Shown here piece by piece: positions 24,498 through 37,200 of a stretch of DNA of 64,000 nt. The stretch is taken from assembly GCF_964213995.1 (NCBI RefSeq), contig NC_135817.1, positions 26,040,001-26,104,000 on the forward strand. The letters are read 5' to 3'. Under the pieces are notes generated by a model. It had not been told where the DNA came from, searched no databases, and saw only the letters and a program-made list of their open reading frames with translations. Source of the DNA: Mustelus asterias. Its lineage: Eukaryota. Every line of letters starts with the position of its first letter. Positions within the stretch are counted from its first letter, which is position 1. The translations under genes were made by a program, and so were the position numbers.

Positions 24498-27400
24498 AGT
24501 GCTTTCTTCTAAGTGCCAAATTTCACCACATGCCATGGTGGGATTCAAATCCAGGTCCCCCGAGCATTGTCCAGTGACAATACCACTATGCCATCACCTC
24601 CCCCTTCTATTTCAAAACTTGCATTGATATAGCATATTTAATAAATGCCCCAAAGCAATTTACAAAGTAGTTGAATGAACATAATTACAAGCCACAGAAA
24701 AAAAGGAGAATACTTGGGGAAAGAGAAGGCTTTTCAGGTTTCCAAAGATAGAAAGAAAATTCAGAGGGGAAATTGTAGAGAGCATGGCCAAAGAGCAGTC
24801 ACAATCTGGGTGGAGGAAGGGTTACGCAGGATGTAGGAATTGAAAGACTCCTGAAGGATTCAGAAGAAAAGTATATTTCAACAGTTTGCTAAGTTAGTCA
24901 TGGAGACATTTGAAGATGAGCACAAGGATTTTAAAATTAAAATGTGAGGGGGACAGAAAACCAGGAATGGGAGTGAACAAGGAATCTGAAGATGTGGTTT
25001 AAAACTCAAGGTCAAATGGGACTCCATGCTCTTCAGCCTGAGTGACGGACCAGGGAGGAAGTTGGAATCACTTGTGTACAGGCGGTAGTTGATCCCACAC
25101 TTGTGGATATTGCTGCCTGGCAGAATGCATATAAGGAAGAGTTGACAGACTGTTCACTGAATACATTTTTTCAATTTCACACCAAGGCAATCGAGTTCTG
25201 CTTGAACTCTGAGGGCTGTTGCGCTAACTGTGCTAAGTTCTCAGCAATTGCTCCATTTCTGGACTATGTTACAAGCTACCAAAAGATTCACCCAAGAAAC
25301 CTTAATGCACAATCAACCCTTAATGATACAGTTATACTTCTGACCAGCTCAAAGATTCTTGTCACAGTGAGATTTAGTGCAGACAATCTCTGGTGTGAAA
25401 CCCGAATTCTGTAACCACACATGTACGTGCTGTTCTGGACCCAAGTCCATTACTTCTATGTTATTCTCCTCCTCTTTGCCCCTCAGGCTCTTAACAGCCT
25501 ATATGGTCATAACCTCATTGCAATTCCTGGAAGCTTGCCGTCATGTATTCTACAGCAGTAATTTCACATTAAAAGTACTCCATTAGTTGTAAAGCACAGA
25601 TGTCTGAGCACGAAAGGTGTTACATAAGAGCTTTTTCTTTCTCTGCAATCTTCCCACCATCCAGCCTTGCCATTTCTTCTCCCTCCCAGATACTTATTCC
25701 TCACCTGCTCCATCGCTAATTCTCTGCTTTCAAAATCTCCCATAGCTGTTTGAGGTTTGAATCCAGATTATAAATCTACTATCCTCTACGCCCAATGTAG
25801 CTTTTCATGAAGGTGTCATTCATTGCTATCCGATTGGCACCAACCCAAACTATCAATGTTTCTCTGTAGCTAAAATTTTTGCCCAGTAGTTGTAAAAAGA
25901 AAACCCCCAGTAACTTTCATCCCAACCAACCTACCTTATTCATTGGATAAAAGTGACGACCCTATTCACGATTGCTGCCTCAGATCTCCCATTAAAATAA
26001 TTCATTTTGATCAAGAATCTTAACTTTACTGTGGGTTATTGTATGGACTTTGACTTTAACTGAGACTCAGCTCGTAGGTGGCAACACCCACCCACATTGC
26101 TAATCTTGGAGGTGGGTGGGTTAAAATCAGTCCCACTAACCGTTCCTCTGGTGTCTTCTCCTTTGAGAACTTCACTCCTCCTTCAAAATACTTGTTCATT
26201 AACCCACCTCACAACCCCCTCAGCCCTCTTACACACCTCACCCCAACTCCCCATCTTGCCCACCAATCCAAGCCTCATCCCAAAATGTGCAACCTTGGAC
26301 TGCATTCCATAGTGCATTTTAGCTCACTTGCTCTCTCCTCTGATCTCTCTGCTCTCTATTCCCTTGTGTTTTAATCCTATGGTAATATTACCTTTTCCTC
26401 AGTCACTTATAATTGAACTTAGTCACATCTGTCTAGCCTTTGGCCTTCCATTCACCATAATACTTCTGCAGCCATTGATCTGCACAACCACTTATTTGCA
26501 GAGATCTGGTACCCGTGCGTCAAAACCTTTATTCTCTTGCATTTCTGTTTAGCCTCTGATATAACATCCATTTCACTTACAAGAAAGGAGCACAAACTTG
26601 AGCATACCTGGCATCCACATTTCCAGTAAAGATATTCAGCTCTACCGCCCCCACCATTTCGCAATCTCAACTCATATTGACAAGACTTTGTTCAACTTCC
26701 AATTATGAATGACCTGAGTTTTAGTCCAGTTAAACATTAAGAGAAAACAATTGTCATAGATCTATACTACAACACTGTGCATTCATCTTATTCCACTGCC
26801 CTTCCTGACTAACCCAGTTCACTACATTGGCATCTAACTTGATCAAGCAGAGCCTCTAGCCCAATTACATCCCCAGACTTAAAACTTTCCCCTAAATCCT
26901 CTGATTTTGTGCATGTCACCACCTCTTTAGGCCATGTAGACTCAAGTTTGATAACCCCCCCACCCCTCACCAACCATTGTGCACAATTTTTACTGGCCAC
27001 AATTACATCCTCTTTTGGCTCACCATCCATTTTGCCCAGTTATACCTGCTGTGTGTCATAGGACATTCTTCTACGTTAAAGCCACTTTGCAAAATCCAAA
27101 CTTTTGTCTCTTATCTCCCTGGTGTCCAAAGCAACGGATTGGATATTTGAACTCAACTTGGAGACATGAAGCAATTTGAATGCACAACTGCTTTACACAC
27201 GATGTTCTACAATACTCTGATCCATGACAATCTAAGCATTCTGAATACCAAACCACGTTCGAGATAATATGGTGCTAGAAACCTTACAATTAATTTACCC
27301 TTCACACAAAGTCAAATGATGCATTTGATACTTGGAAAAAGTCACAGAATTCTCAAAAGCAGCCTTTGGCAGCCAGATGCAGCTTGTAGGTACTGTAATT

Positions 27401-28065
27401 AGTTTCAGCAAGGTATAAACATGATTCACCAAAAAAGACTAGACAACACTATTCATAACTAAATCAAGTCTATATTTTTGCTTTTTCGTATTTCAGTTTA
27501 AAGTTTGGCAAGAAACACAAACAACATCACCCCCCACCCCCCCCCCCCCCCTTCTCTACTGACATTGCCCGAACCTGCTGAATGTTATCCAGCCTCATCT
27601 GTCTCTTGGCAGATTTTCAGCTCGCGTGGGTGTCCACTTCAATGATATCGCAGTCTCAAGATGGGGGCGGGAGAGGAGATCAAAAGGTTAAATCACAGCA
27701 AACCGGCACGAAGTGACTAACTTGGGGGTTGCCTTGTAACCGCACTGGCAACTGCCCGAACAGCAATAGGACACCAGCTGGCAGGAGTCCCAGTGCTTTA
27801 ACCGGGGAGGGGGGGGCTTTCCATCAAGGTGTTCCAGCGAAACACGCCAGGTGGACCAGTCGCCTCAGCACCATCACTGAGTGGGGGGAGGGGGTGCACT
27901 GCTGACTGGCCCAGCTTGTAACCAGCTGCCGGGCCCCAGCTCCCTGACTGGATGTTGTTGTGCTGCCGGTGTTAATAATAAACATGCAAAGAGAGACGCC
28001 CGAGGATCTGCTCTCCCTCCCCGGGGCAATGGGGCTTGGCTCGCCCTCTCCGCCCAGTCACTTAC

Positions 28066-28125
28066 CGCTCACGGTGCTTTCCCCCCACCGTCTCGCCTTC
28101 TCTCCCACACATCCGGGCCCTCCAC
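28066..28125 (-). other. RAB9A: RAB9A non-coding exon 1 (TSS approximate)
   Basis: Donor GCG|GTAAGT at 28066/28065 in a CpG-rich island (~27600-28220). Confidence 0.7.
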
Positions 28126-28215
28126 ACACCGGAAACCGCGTCACCTCATGTGCCGGCTGTGCACATGACCCTCCCTGTCAGCTGACACTCACTCGTCCCA
28201 GGAGTCATATGACAA
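28105..28215 (-). promoter_or_regulatory. RAB9A: RAB9A proximal promoter
   Basis: ETS-type CCGGAA (28129-28134); E-box/M-box motifs TCATGTG (28146-28152) and CACATGAC (28162-28169); palindromes TGTCAGCTGACA (28176-28187) and GTCATATGAC (28204-28213). Confidence 0.6.
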
Positions 28216-28386
28216 GCAAACAGCTCTGTTACACACACACACACACCCATAGGCCTCCAGTCTGTGGCCAGCTGCTGCCAAGTGTGTCCAAGACAGGCAA
28301 AATGCGTCAGTAGGTTGATAGGAATACAAGAAGCAAGGAAGTCAACTTTTTATAAAACTCCAGCACCCACAATATTTTGCTTTTCA

Positions 28387-28687
28387 TAGAAGTCATGGAA
28401 TCCCGACAGTGCAGAAGGAGGCCATTCGGTCCATCAAGTCTGCACTGACAACAATCCCACCCAGGACCTCTCCCCGTAACCCCACGTATTTACCCTGCTA
28501 ATCTTTCTGACACTAAAGGGCAATTTAGCACAGCCAATCAACCAAACCCGCACAACTTTGAAGTGTGGGAGGAAAGCGGAGCACCAGAGGAAACCCACGC
28601 AGACATGAAGAGAACGTGCAAACTCCACACACAGGCAGTCATGTAAGCTCAGAGTTGAAGCCGGGTCCACTAACCACTGTGCCACCC
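28387..28687 (-). mobile_element. HE1-type SINE
   Basis: Similarity to other copies. Confidence 0.85.
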
Positions 28688-28724
28688 TAAAACACTGGTT
28701 TGGTCTCAACTGGGGTATTTATGA

Positions 28725-29083
28725 AATGAAAACAGAAAATGCTGAACATACTCAGGCAGTCTGGGAGGGAAACAATGTTTTGCATCCATATGGCTTCTAC
28801 AAACCCTATAGCTGGGCTCTGACAAAGGATCACCCATACTCGAAACGGTGGCTCTATTGTCTCCACAGATGCTGTCAGATCTGCTGAATTTCTCCAGCAT
28901 TTTCTGTTTTTGTTTCAGATTCCAGCATCCACAGTATTTTGCCTTTTAATTATAAATGGGTCATATGGACTCGAAATATTAACTGTTTCTCCACAGATAC
29001 TGCCAGATCTTGCTGAGTTTATCTAGCATCTTCTGTTTTTAGATTTTTCAGATTTCCAGCATCTGTAATAGTTTGCTTTTATT
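28725..29083 (+). mobile_element. Penelope-like terminal repeats (inverted plus tandem copies) with decayed hammerhead cores
   Basis: CTCCACAGATGCTG...CAGCATTTTCTGTTTTT family; CTGACAA...GAAA core at 28819-28845; related copies at ~10170, ~31020, ~33495 and ~54715. Confidence 0.7.
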
Positions 29084-31319
29084 GAAGCAATTATGTCCTG
29101 GGCACTACCTTCGAGAAAGGATGAGACACATGGAGAGAAGGTGCAGAAAAGATTTATGAGAATGGTTCCAGGAATGAGGGACTTTCATTTAAGTTCCGAT
29201 TAATTCAGGATTGGCAAAGTTGGGGCTGCTCTCCTTAGAGAAGAGAAGATTGGGAGGAAATTTAATAGGGGTGTTCAACATTATGAGGCATCTTGACAGA
29301 GCAGAGAAAGAGAAACTGTTTCCATTGGTAGAAAGGTCAGATTTAAAGCGATTGTTAAAAAAAGCAATGGCAACATGAGAAAAAACATTTTTGCACCGCC
29401 AGTGGTTGGGATATGGAATACTGACAGAGGCAGATTGAATCATAGTTTTCAAAAGGGAATCGGATGGTTATTTGAAAATTTTTTAAAATTGCAGGGCTTT
29501 GGGAAAAGGTTAAAAAAAGTGGGACTAGCTGAGTAGCTCTTATGCTGAAATGGACACAACAGATTGAATGGCCTCTTGCACTTTTGCTGTAACAATTCTA
29601 TAGATTAACTTCAATGTAGTACAGACATTCACTGTCTGGGCTCACATGAAGAGATATTTCTTCATTCAGGGTTGTAAATGTTTGAAATTCTCTATCCCGG
29701 CTGTGAATGCTCAGTCGTTGAGTATACGTCCAAAGATGTGCAGGTTAGGTGGATTGGCCATGCTAAATTGCCCCTTAGTTTCCCAGATGCATTGGTTAGA
29801 GGGATTAGTGGGTAAGTATGTGGGGTTACAAGGATAGGGCAGTGGGTGAGCCTGGGCAAGATGCTCTGTCAAAGAGTTGGTGCAGACTTGATGGGCCAAA
29901 TAGCCACCTTCTGCACTGTCAGGATTCTTTGATACTCTGATATTCATGGCTGAAATCAATAGATTTTTGGGAACTAAAGGGAATCAAGAGAAAAGAGGTT
30001 AGAACAGGAAAGTGGAGTTGAAATAGAATATTAGAATGGTGGAGCAGGATCAAGGGGCTGTATGACCTACTGCTCATATTTTGTTATTAATAATGGCCCT
30101 GATTTTTTAAAATTCATTTATCCCAACATGAGCATTGCTATGCCAGCATTTATCAATCATCTCCTAACTGTCCTCTGTTTCAGAGGGTCACATATAGGCT
30201 AGGCAAGAACAGTAAATTTTAGTGAACCAGACAATCAACAACTTTTAATTCCAGATTTTTATTGAATTTAAATTTCACCATCTGCCTTGGAGGGATTTGA
30301 ATCTGGTTCCCCAGATCTCACCCTGGCTCTCTGGTTCAGTAACAATACCACAATGCCACTGCTCACCCTTAAAAACTGTGCCCAGCACAGTGCCTCCAGG
30401 AGAGAAGGAAAAAAGATTTCAATAGATCAGGAAAATAAAACTTAATCAAATGGATGCTGGAGGATTAACAACAATTAAAATCTACATAATATATTTCTCA
30501 TCCATTACAATATAATTATGAGACACAGCAAATATTGTGTGGATAAATCTAACCAACTTGGAGACATTGCATTAAACACCGAAGAATTGGATTAGATCTG
30601 CTTCAAGATAAAAATGTGTTGAAGCTAATTTTTCAATCCCATACTCCCAGTGCAATCCGTACTCATAAGGAGCAGATTTCCAGAATCAGGGCATAAGAAA
30701 ATTAAAATGACTAGAAATTCCTCACTAAATAAGTAAAACTGACAAAGTAAAACAATTTATCTCCAGATGAACATAATCATTTCATAAATAATTTTCCCTT
30801 AGTCAAAAAGCATGACACGATAGAATTTGAATTTATTAAACAATAATCTATTTGTATTGACAGACAAGACAGTTGATAATACAGATGGATACATCCTCTT
30901 GAATTTTAAAAGCCTGGAACCTAATTAAAACAAACAATAACAAAAAACGACTGGGGCGAGAAATGCAATCAAACACTGCTGCATTTGTTCCAAAAAACGT
31001 AAGACGAACAGGCTGGGAATAACTATGTGATTTCTTTCTCCAGAGATGCTACCTGATCTGCTGAGGCTAGTAGTATTTCCAGCATTTTCAGTTTTTATTT
31101 AATAACAAATTAACTATACAAAATAGTACATTGCAAATGTCATAGGCACTGATAAACACTGGTACTATTATTTTTTTAAATATTAGTGCTTTTACTCTTA
31201 GTAACATGCAGAAAAGTTGCTTTCTTGATTTGAAGCAGCCATTATAAATTCATGTGAAATGCATTTCCAACGAGCCACCAGATAACTAAAACAAAGTGTA
31301 CAGCATTCATTGGATGATG

Positions 31320-32858
31320 ATAAACTGAAGGTCGATAAGTCCCCTGGGCCTGATGAAATATATCCTAGGATTCTTTGGGAGGCAAGGGATGAGATTGCAG
31401 AGCCTTTGGCTTTGATCTTTGGGTCCTCACTGTCCACGGGGATGGTGCCAGAGGACTGGAGAATGGCGAATGTTGTTCCTCTGTTTAAGAAAGGGAATAG
31501 AAATGACCCTGGTAATTATAGACCGGTTAGTCTTACTTCGGTCGTTGGTAAATTGATGGAAAACCTTAGGGATGGGATTTACGACCATTTAGAAAGATGC
31601 GGATTAATCCGAGATAGTCAGCAAGGATTCGTGAAGGGCAAGTCGTGCCTCACAAATTTGATTGAATTTTGTGAGGCGGTAACTAAGTGTGTTGATGAAG
31701 GTAGGGCAGTTGATGTCATATACATGGATTTTAGTAAGGCGTTTGATAAGGTCCCCCATGGTCGGCTTATGATGAAAGTGAGAGGTGTGGGATAGAGGGA
31801 AAGTTGGCCGATTGGATAGGTAACTGGCTATCTGATCGAAGACAGAGGATGGTGGTGGATGGAAAATTTTCGGATTGGAGGCAGGTTGCTAGCGGAGTGC
31901 ATAGGGATCAGTGCTTGGTCCTCTGCTCTTTGTGATTATTATTAATGACTTAGAGGAGGGGGCTGAAGGGTGGATCAGTAAATTTGCTGATGACACCAAG
32001 ATTGGTGGAGTAGTGGATGAGGTGGAGGGTTGTTGTAGGCTGCAAAGAGACATAGATAGGATGCAAAGCTGGGCTGAAAAATGGCAAATGGAGTTTAACC
32101 CTGATAAATGTGAGGTGATTCATTTTGGTAGGACTAATTTAAATGTGGTTTACAGGGTCAAAGGTAGGGTTCTGAAGACTGTGGAGGAACAGAGAGATCT
32201 TGGGGTCCATATCCACAGATCTCTAAAGGTTGCCACTCAAGTGGATAGAGCTGTGAAGAAGGCCTATAGTGTGTTAGCTTTTATTAACAGGGGGTTTGAT
32301 TTTAAGAGCTGTGGGGTTATGCTGCAACTGTACAGGACCTTGGTGAGACCACATTTGGAATATTGTGTGCAATTCTGGTCACCTCACTATAAGAAGGATG
32401 TGGAAGTGCTGGAAAGAGTGCAGAGGAGATTTACCAGGATGCTGCCTGGTTTGGAGGGTAGGTCTTATGAGGAAAGGTTGAGGGCTGTTCTCTGTGGAGC
32501 GGAGGAGGCTGAGGGGAGACTTAATAGAGGTTTATAAAATGATGAAGGGGTTAGATAGAGTGAATGTTCAAAGACTATTTCCTCGGGTGGATGGAGCTAT
32601 TACAAGGGGACATAACTATAGGGTTCATGGTGGGAGATATAGGAAGGATATCAGAGGTAGGTTCTTGACGCAGAGAGTGGTTGGGGTGTGGAGTGGAGTC
32701 AGACACTTTAGGAACATTTAAGCAGTTATTGGATAGGCACATGGAGCACACCAGGATGATAGGAAGTGGGATAGCTTGATCTTGGTTTCAGATAAAGCTC
32801 GGCACAACATTGTGGGCCGAAGGGCCTGTTCTGTGCTGTACTGTTCTATGTTCTATGA
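31320..32858 (+). mobile_element. 5'-truncated CR1 LINE (ORF2 RT, frameshifted)
   Basis: KSPGPDEIYPR, PGNYRPVSLTS, YMDFSKAFDKVPH and KFADDTK; tail GTTCTATGTTCTATG. Confidence 0.95.
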
Positions 32859-33163
32859 TGCTTCAATTGTTTAGGTTTCATTATTCACATTCATCAAAAG
32901 AACAACTTCCATAGGTAGATCCAGGCTCCTTACACTCAATGTGGGCTATGAAGTGACTGGGAAAACATGCCTCAGTCAACAATCTACCCTTGTACCACTG
33001 GAATATTCACTGAAAATACCATGGGTTGCCCATCATAAATTTCTAACCTTACAGATAGGTGTGAAATTATTATTATAAGACTACATGGAAGCAAATGTTT
33101 TGACCTTCATCTGCATTTAAACCCCTTTCTAAAAATGCTGCAATGCCTGTAACTCATTGTAAT

Positions 33164-33365
33164 TGTAGCATAGCAAGGTAAGGCTTGGAGTCTGGCAGCG
33201 AACTAACAAAAGGTTTATTAAGAGAACAACTATACACGTTACAGAGCAAGGAAAAAGGTCTTAAACTCTGTAGGCTCAAACTGCCGACACCTGGAACAAG
33301 TCCGGGCAATTCTGAGTGAGTCTCCAACTCGGCTCCCAATTGGACCAGCAGGTCACATGACCACA
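33164..33365 (-). mobile_element. Probable solo LTR (~200 bp)
   Basis: TGT...ACA termini, internal minus-strand AATAAA, flanks GTAAT/ATAAT (5-bp TSD with one mismatch). Confidence 0.5.
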
Positions 33366-34327
33366 ATAATGTAAAAGGTGTTAAAGCAGAACATAAGTTA
33401 ACATTAGACTGGAGAATAGAAACACCCACGGTATGATATGTAGAGTGACATGGTTGGAGAGCACTCTGGAACCAGCCTTCATCGAGGTAGATGACTCTGA
33501 CAAAGAGTCACCCTGACTTGAAATGTTTCTTCTGTGTTCTCTCTCCACAGGTGCTGCCAGATCTACTGAGATTTTCCAGCCTTTTCTGTGATTAATAAAT
33601 GATTCATGTTGAAACATACAAGCCTGAAGATCTGACCACTGAGACATCAAACAAACCCATAATGCATCATGGTGCTCAGAGGTGGCACCATAATGCAAAC
33701 ATGGTGAGATGAAAGGTGTCAATTTAAATGATGAGCCCAGAACAGCAGTCCAATGTATGAAAAACTAAAAAGCAGCTGAAGCCAAATCAAGGAGACGTTC
33801 ATCTCAGAAGAAAAAAAATAAGCAACAGTTAAAGAATTGAGTGAATGGAAGACAATTGCAAAACTCCCAAGTGACACAGAGTAAAAGAAAACCTGGTCAG
33901 ATCACAACAAGGTGAGCAAGATTTCAAAAAAGAAGCTGTATTACATTGTAGAATAGGTGGCGGCAGTTCCAGGAGTTCAGCAGTTGCAGCAGTGGTGGCT
34001 GTGTTGCACTGAAGTTAAAAAAGTTAAATAAAGATCAGCTGGCAGTGTTACAGAGAGAAACGTGCAGAGCTTGGTTAAAAAAAGAGTAATGCCTATGGAG
34101 TTTAAGTGAAATGGAACCCTTTCCAGTCAGATCCCTGGCCTCTTGTACAGAGGAAAAAAGTACTGCAGAGTAAACAGCTCATTACTTTTTTTAATAAGTG
34201 TATGCCCACCAAAACTCCCAAAGCATGGGACATTCAGAAAAGAGGTGAAAAAGATAATAAAAAGAAAGAGTCATCCAGAAAAGAGATGCTGCTATTTAAA
34301 AAGTTTCTAAAAACAGCACAATCATCT

Positions 34328-34665
34328 TAGAAACCCTACAGCACAGAAATAGGCCATTCGGCCCATCGAGTCTGCACCGACCACAATACCACCCAGGCCC
34401 TACCCCCATATCCCTACATATTTTACCCATTAATCCCTCTAACCTATGCATCCCAGGACACTAAAGGCAATTTTTAGCATGGCCAATCAACCTAACCCGC
34501 ACATCTTTGGACTGTGGGAGGAAACCGGAGCACCCGGAGGAAACCCATGCAGACATGAGGATAATGTGCAAACTCCACACAGACAGTGACCCAAGCCGGG
34601 AATCGAACCCAGGTCCCTGGAGCTGTGAAGCAGCAGTGCTAACCACTGTGCTACTGTGCCGCCCG
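34328..34665 (-). mobile_element. Full-length HE1-type SINE
   Basis: Near-identical to the 17783, 24163 and 52898 copies. Confidence 0.92.
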
Positions 34666-36879
34666 ATCATGAGGAAAATGCACAGGAAAATCACAGTGAC
34701 AGAACCAACAAGCAGAAGACAGCCTGAGTGAAAAAAATTATTATTGCACAAATAGTCTTAAAGGGACAATGACATTTAAAGCTGTAAATACAAAAAAAAA
34801 GCCATGGACAGAAAATTAGACATATTTTGGCTAAGGAAAAGGCAACAAAAGATCCCAGAGAGAGGGCAACAAATGAGTCCAGAATGAGGACAAAGACAGA
34901 CCCAAAATAGAGAGGAACATAAGATCCCAGAGTGAGGGAGATAATATTCAAGTAAACCACAAGATGATTGCTGAAGAGATTAGTGCAGAAGAAAGAAATG
35001 GCTGAGAAGCAGTCAAAAGGCAGAAGAATAGACTTTTTAAAAAAATGAAGCTGCCCCACAGGAAAATATTTGCATTAGAGCTGAACTGTAAGATTTGAAA
35101 CACAAGATTTGAGCTGAGAATATACCTCTGAAAAAGCAAGGTAAACTGAAGTCTTCAATGAACCAAGCTGGTCAAGATCTGAACAAACAAATTTGAGATA
35201 TGACGCAAAGGTCTCAGGAGGAAATGACTACATTTCAAAATTCTTTTTATCTCAAATCACCATAACATGGATACTTAGTTGGAATTGAGTTCCATAGTGG
35301 ATTCTAAGCAGATGGGTGATATTAAAACATGACCAAAATCGCTGTATTTAGCTTAGAAATTCCCTCTCTAAACCTTTCCAACTCTCTTTCTTCCTTAAAA
35401 CTTACCTCATTGATCAAAATTTTGGCTATCTGTCCCAATATGTAGCTCAGCATTTAACTTTGCTCCATAACACTCAAGAGCCTTGGGACGTTTTACTATA
35501 TTCAAGGTGCTAAATAAATATAAGTTATTGTTGTAAACTGAGCAGCCCTTAGATATAGAATGGTCAATCAAACATTCCAATGTGTATGCACAGATCTTCT
35601 CCTACTATCTAACCCTATCTGCATAGCCTTCTATACCTTTTGCCCTCATGTACTTAAATGCACAAATGCTATTCACCTCAATTACCCCATGTTGTGGCAA
35701 ATTCCACATCCTAACTACTCTATGGGTGAAGAAGTCTTTTTCTGAATCCATAACTGGATTTATTGGTGACTATCTTATATTTTGTGTTCTCTGTTTTTCG
35801 ACTCCCCAGAAATGGATCACATCTTCCCAGTCAAATCCTGTCTTAATTTTGAATACTTCCAAGAGCTCACTCCTCAGCTTTCTTTTTTCTAGAGCCCCAG
35901 CCAGTTCAATCTTAATCCCTAACAGTTAGAACTTTTCAGTTCTGGCATCAATAATGGGAGATGTTTGCATTTCGCATGAATCAACCATGACATCTAGCAT
36001 CTGCATAATCCAGGAATTTTGGATGCTCACATGTCAGACACCTGGATAGCTTTTCAATAAAACAATGCTTATTTTCAGTTGAAGTTAAGTACTTTTTTCA
36101 TGGATCTGTGCTCTGCATTTTGCAATTATATCAAGAAAGAATCAATGCTCAAAATACTATCTCCAACTGCATGCTACAAAACAATGCTTTGTGTGGCCAA
36201 GTATGGTGGAAAGTACCAAAATCTACTATCTAATAATGTTAGGATTGCATGTTAAAATGTGAAATAAGAAGTTCCAAGGAAGGATATTGGCAGTAAACAT
36301 AACCCATTGCTTCCTCTTTCAGATGCTGACTAACATGTTATCTATTCCATCATTTCATGTTTTAATTTATCATTTTTTGCTGTTGCAATTTTTCCTTCTT
36401 GCCAATACTGTTGATTAACAGACATGTGTAAAGTGCATTAAACAACTAACATTCATCCAGGTGATCACAATCTAATTATCATAGTTCTAATAGAAAGATC
36501 ACAGTTGGCCACCATCATCATATCTTTATGCATCTGCTAATAAACTAGTTACTCATTGTTCAATTAAAAGCCAATTTTGCAGATTGATAACTCAATGACA
36601 GGTGGAAGGGCCAATATTCCCTTCTTACCATCAAGGAACAGCACTTTAGTGATGGGATACAAAGCTGCAGAATTTGGCTGATAGTTCTCAGGACGTGCAG
36701 ATCTGGAGTCCTCACAGGAGAATCTATTTATGAAGTCTTTGAAGCAACCCGCTATGCTTTCGCTGCAGGCCTCATTAGACCTTTGAATGTGATGGTAATA
36801 GTTGCATTCTCTCTTGTTGGAGATTGTAAAAGTCTGGCACTTGTTTGATGTGAATGTTACTTGCTATTTATCTGCACCT

Positions 36880-37200
36880 TGGCACGGTGGCACAGTGGTT
36901 AGCACTGCTGCCTCACAGCGCTAGGGACCCGGGTTCAATTCCAGCCTCGGGTGACTGTCTGTGCGGAGTTTGCACGTTCTCCCTGTGTCTGCATGGGTTT
37001 CCTCTGGGTGCTCTGGTTTACTCCCACAGTCCAAAGATATGCGGGTTAGGTTGATTGGCCATGACAAATTACCCCTTAATGTCAGGGGGATTAGGAGGAT
37101 AAATATGTGGGGTTACGGGGATAGGGCAGGACCTGGGTGGGATTGTTGTCGGTGCAGGCTCGATGGGCCAAATGGCCTCCTTCTGCACTGTAGATTCTAT
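36880..37200 (+). mobile_element. HE1-type SINE
   Basis: A/B boxes, V-domain and tail. Confidence 0.9.
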
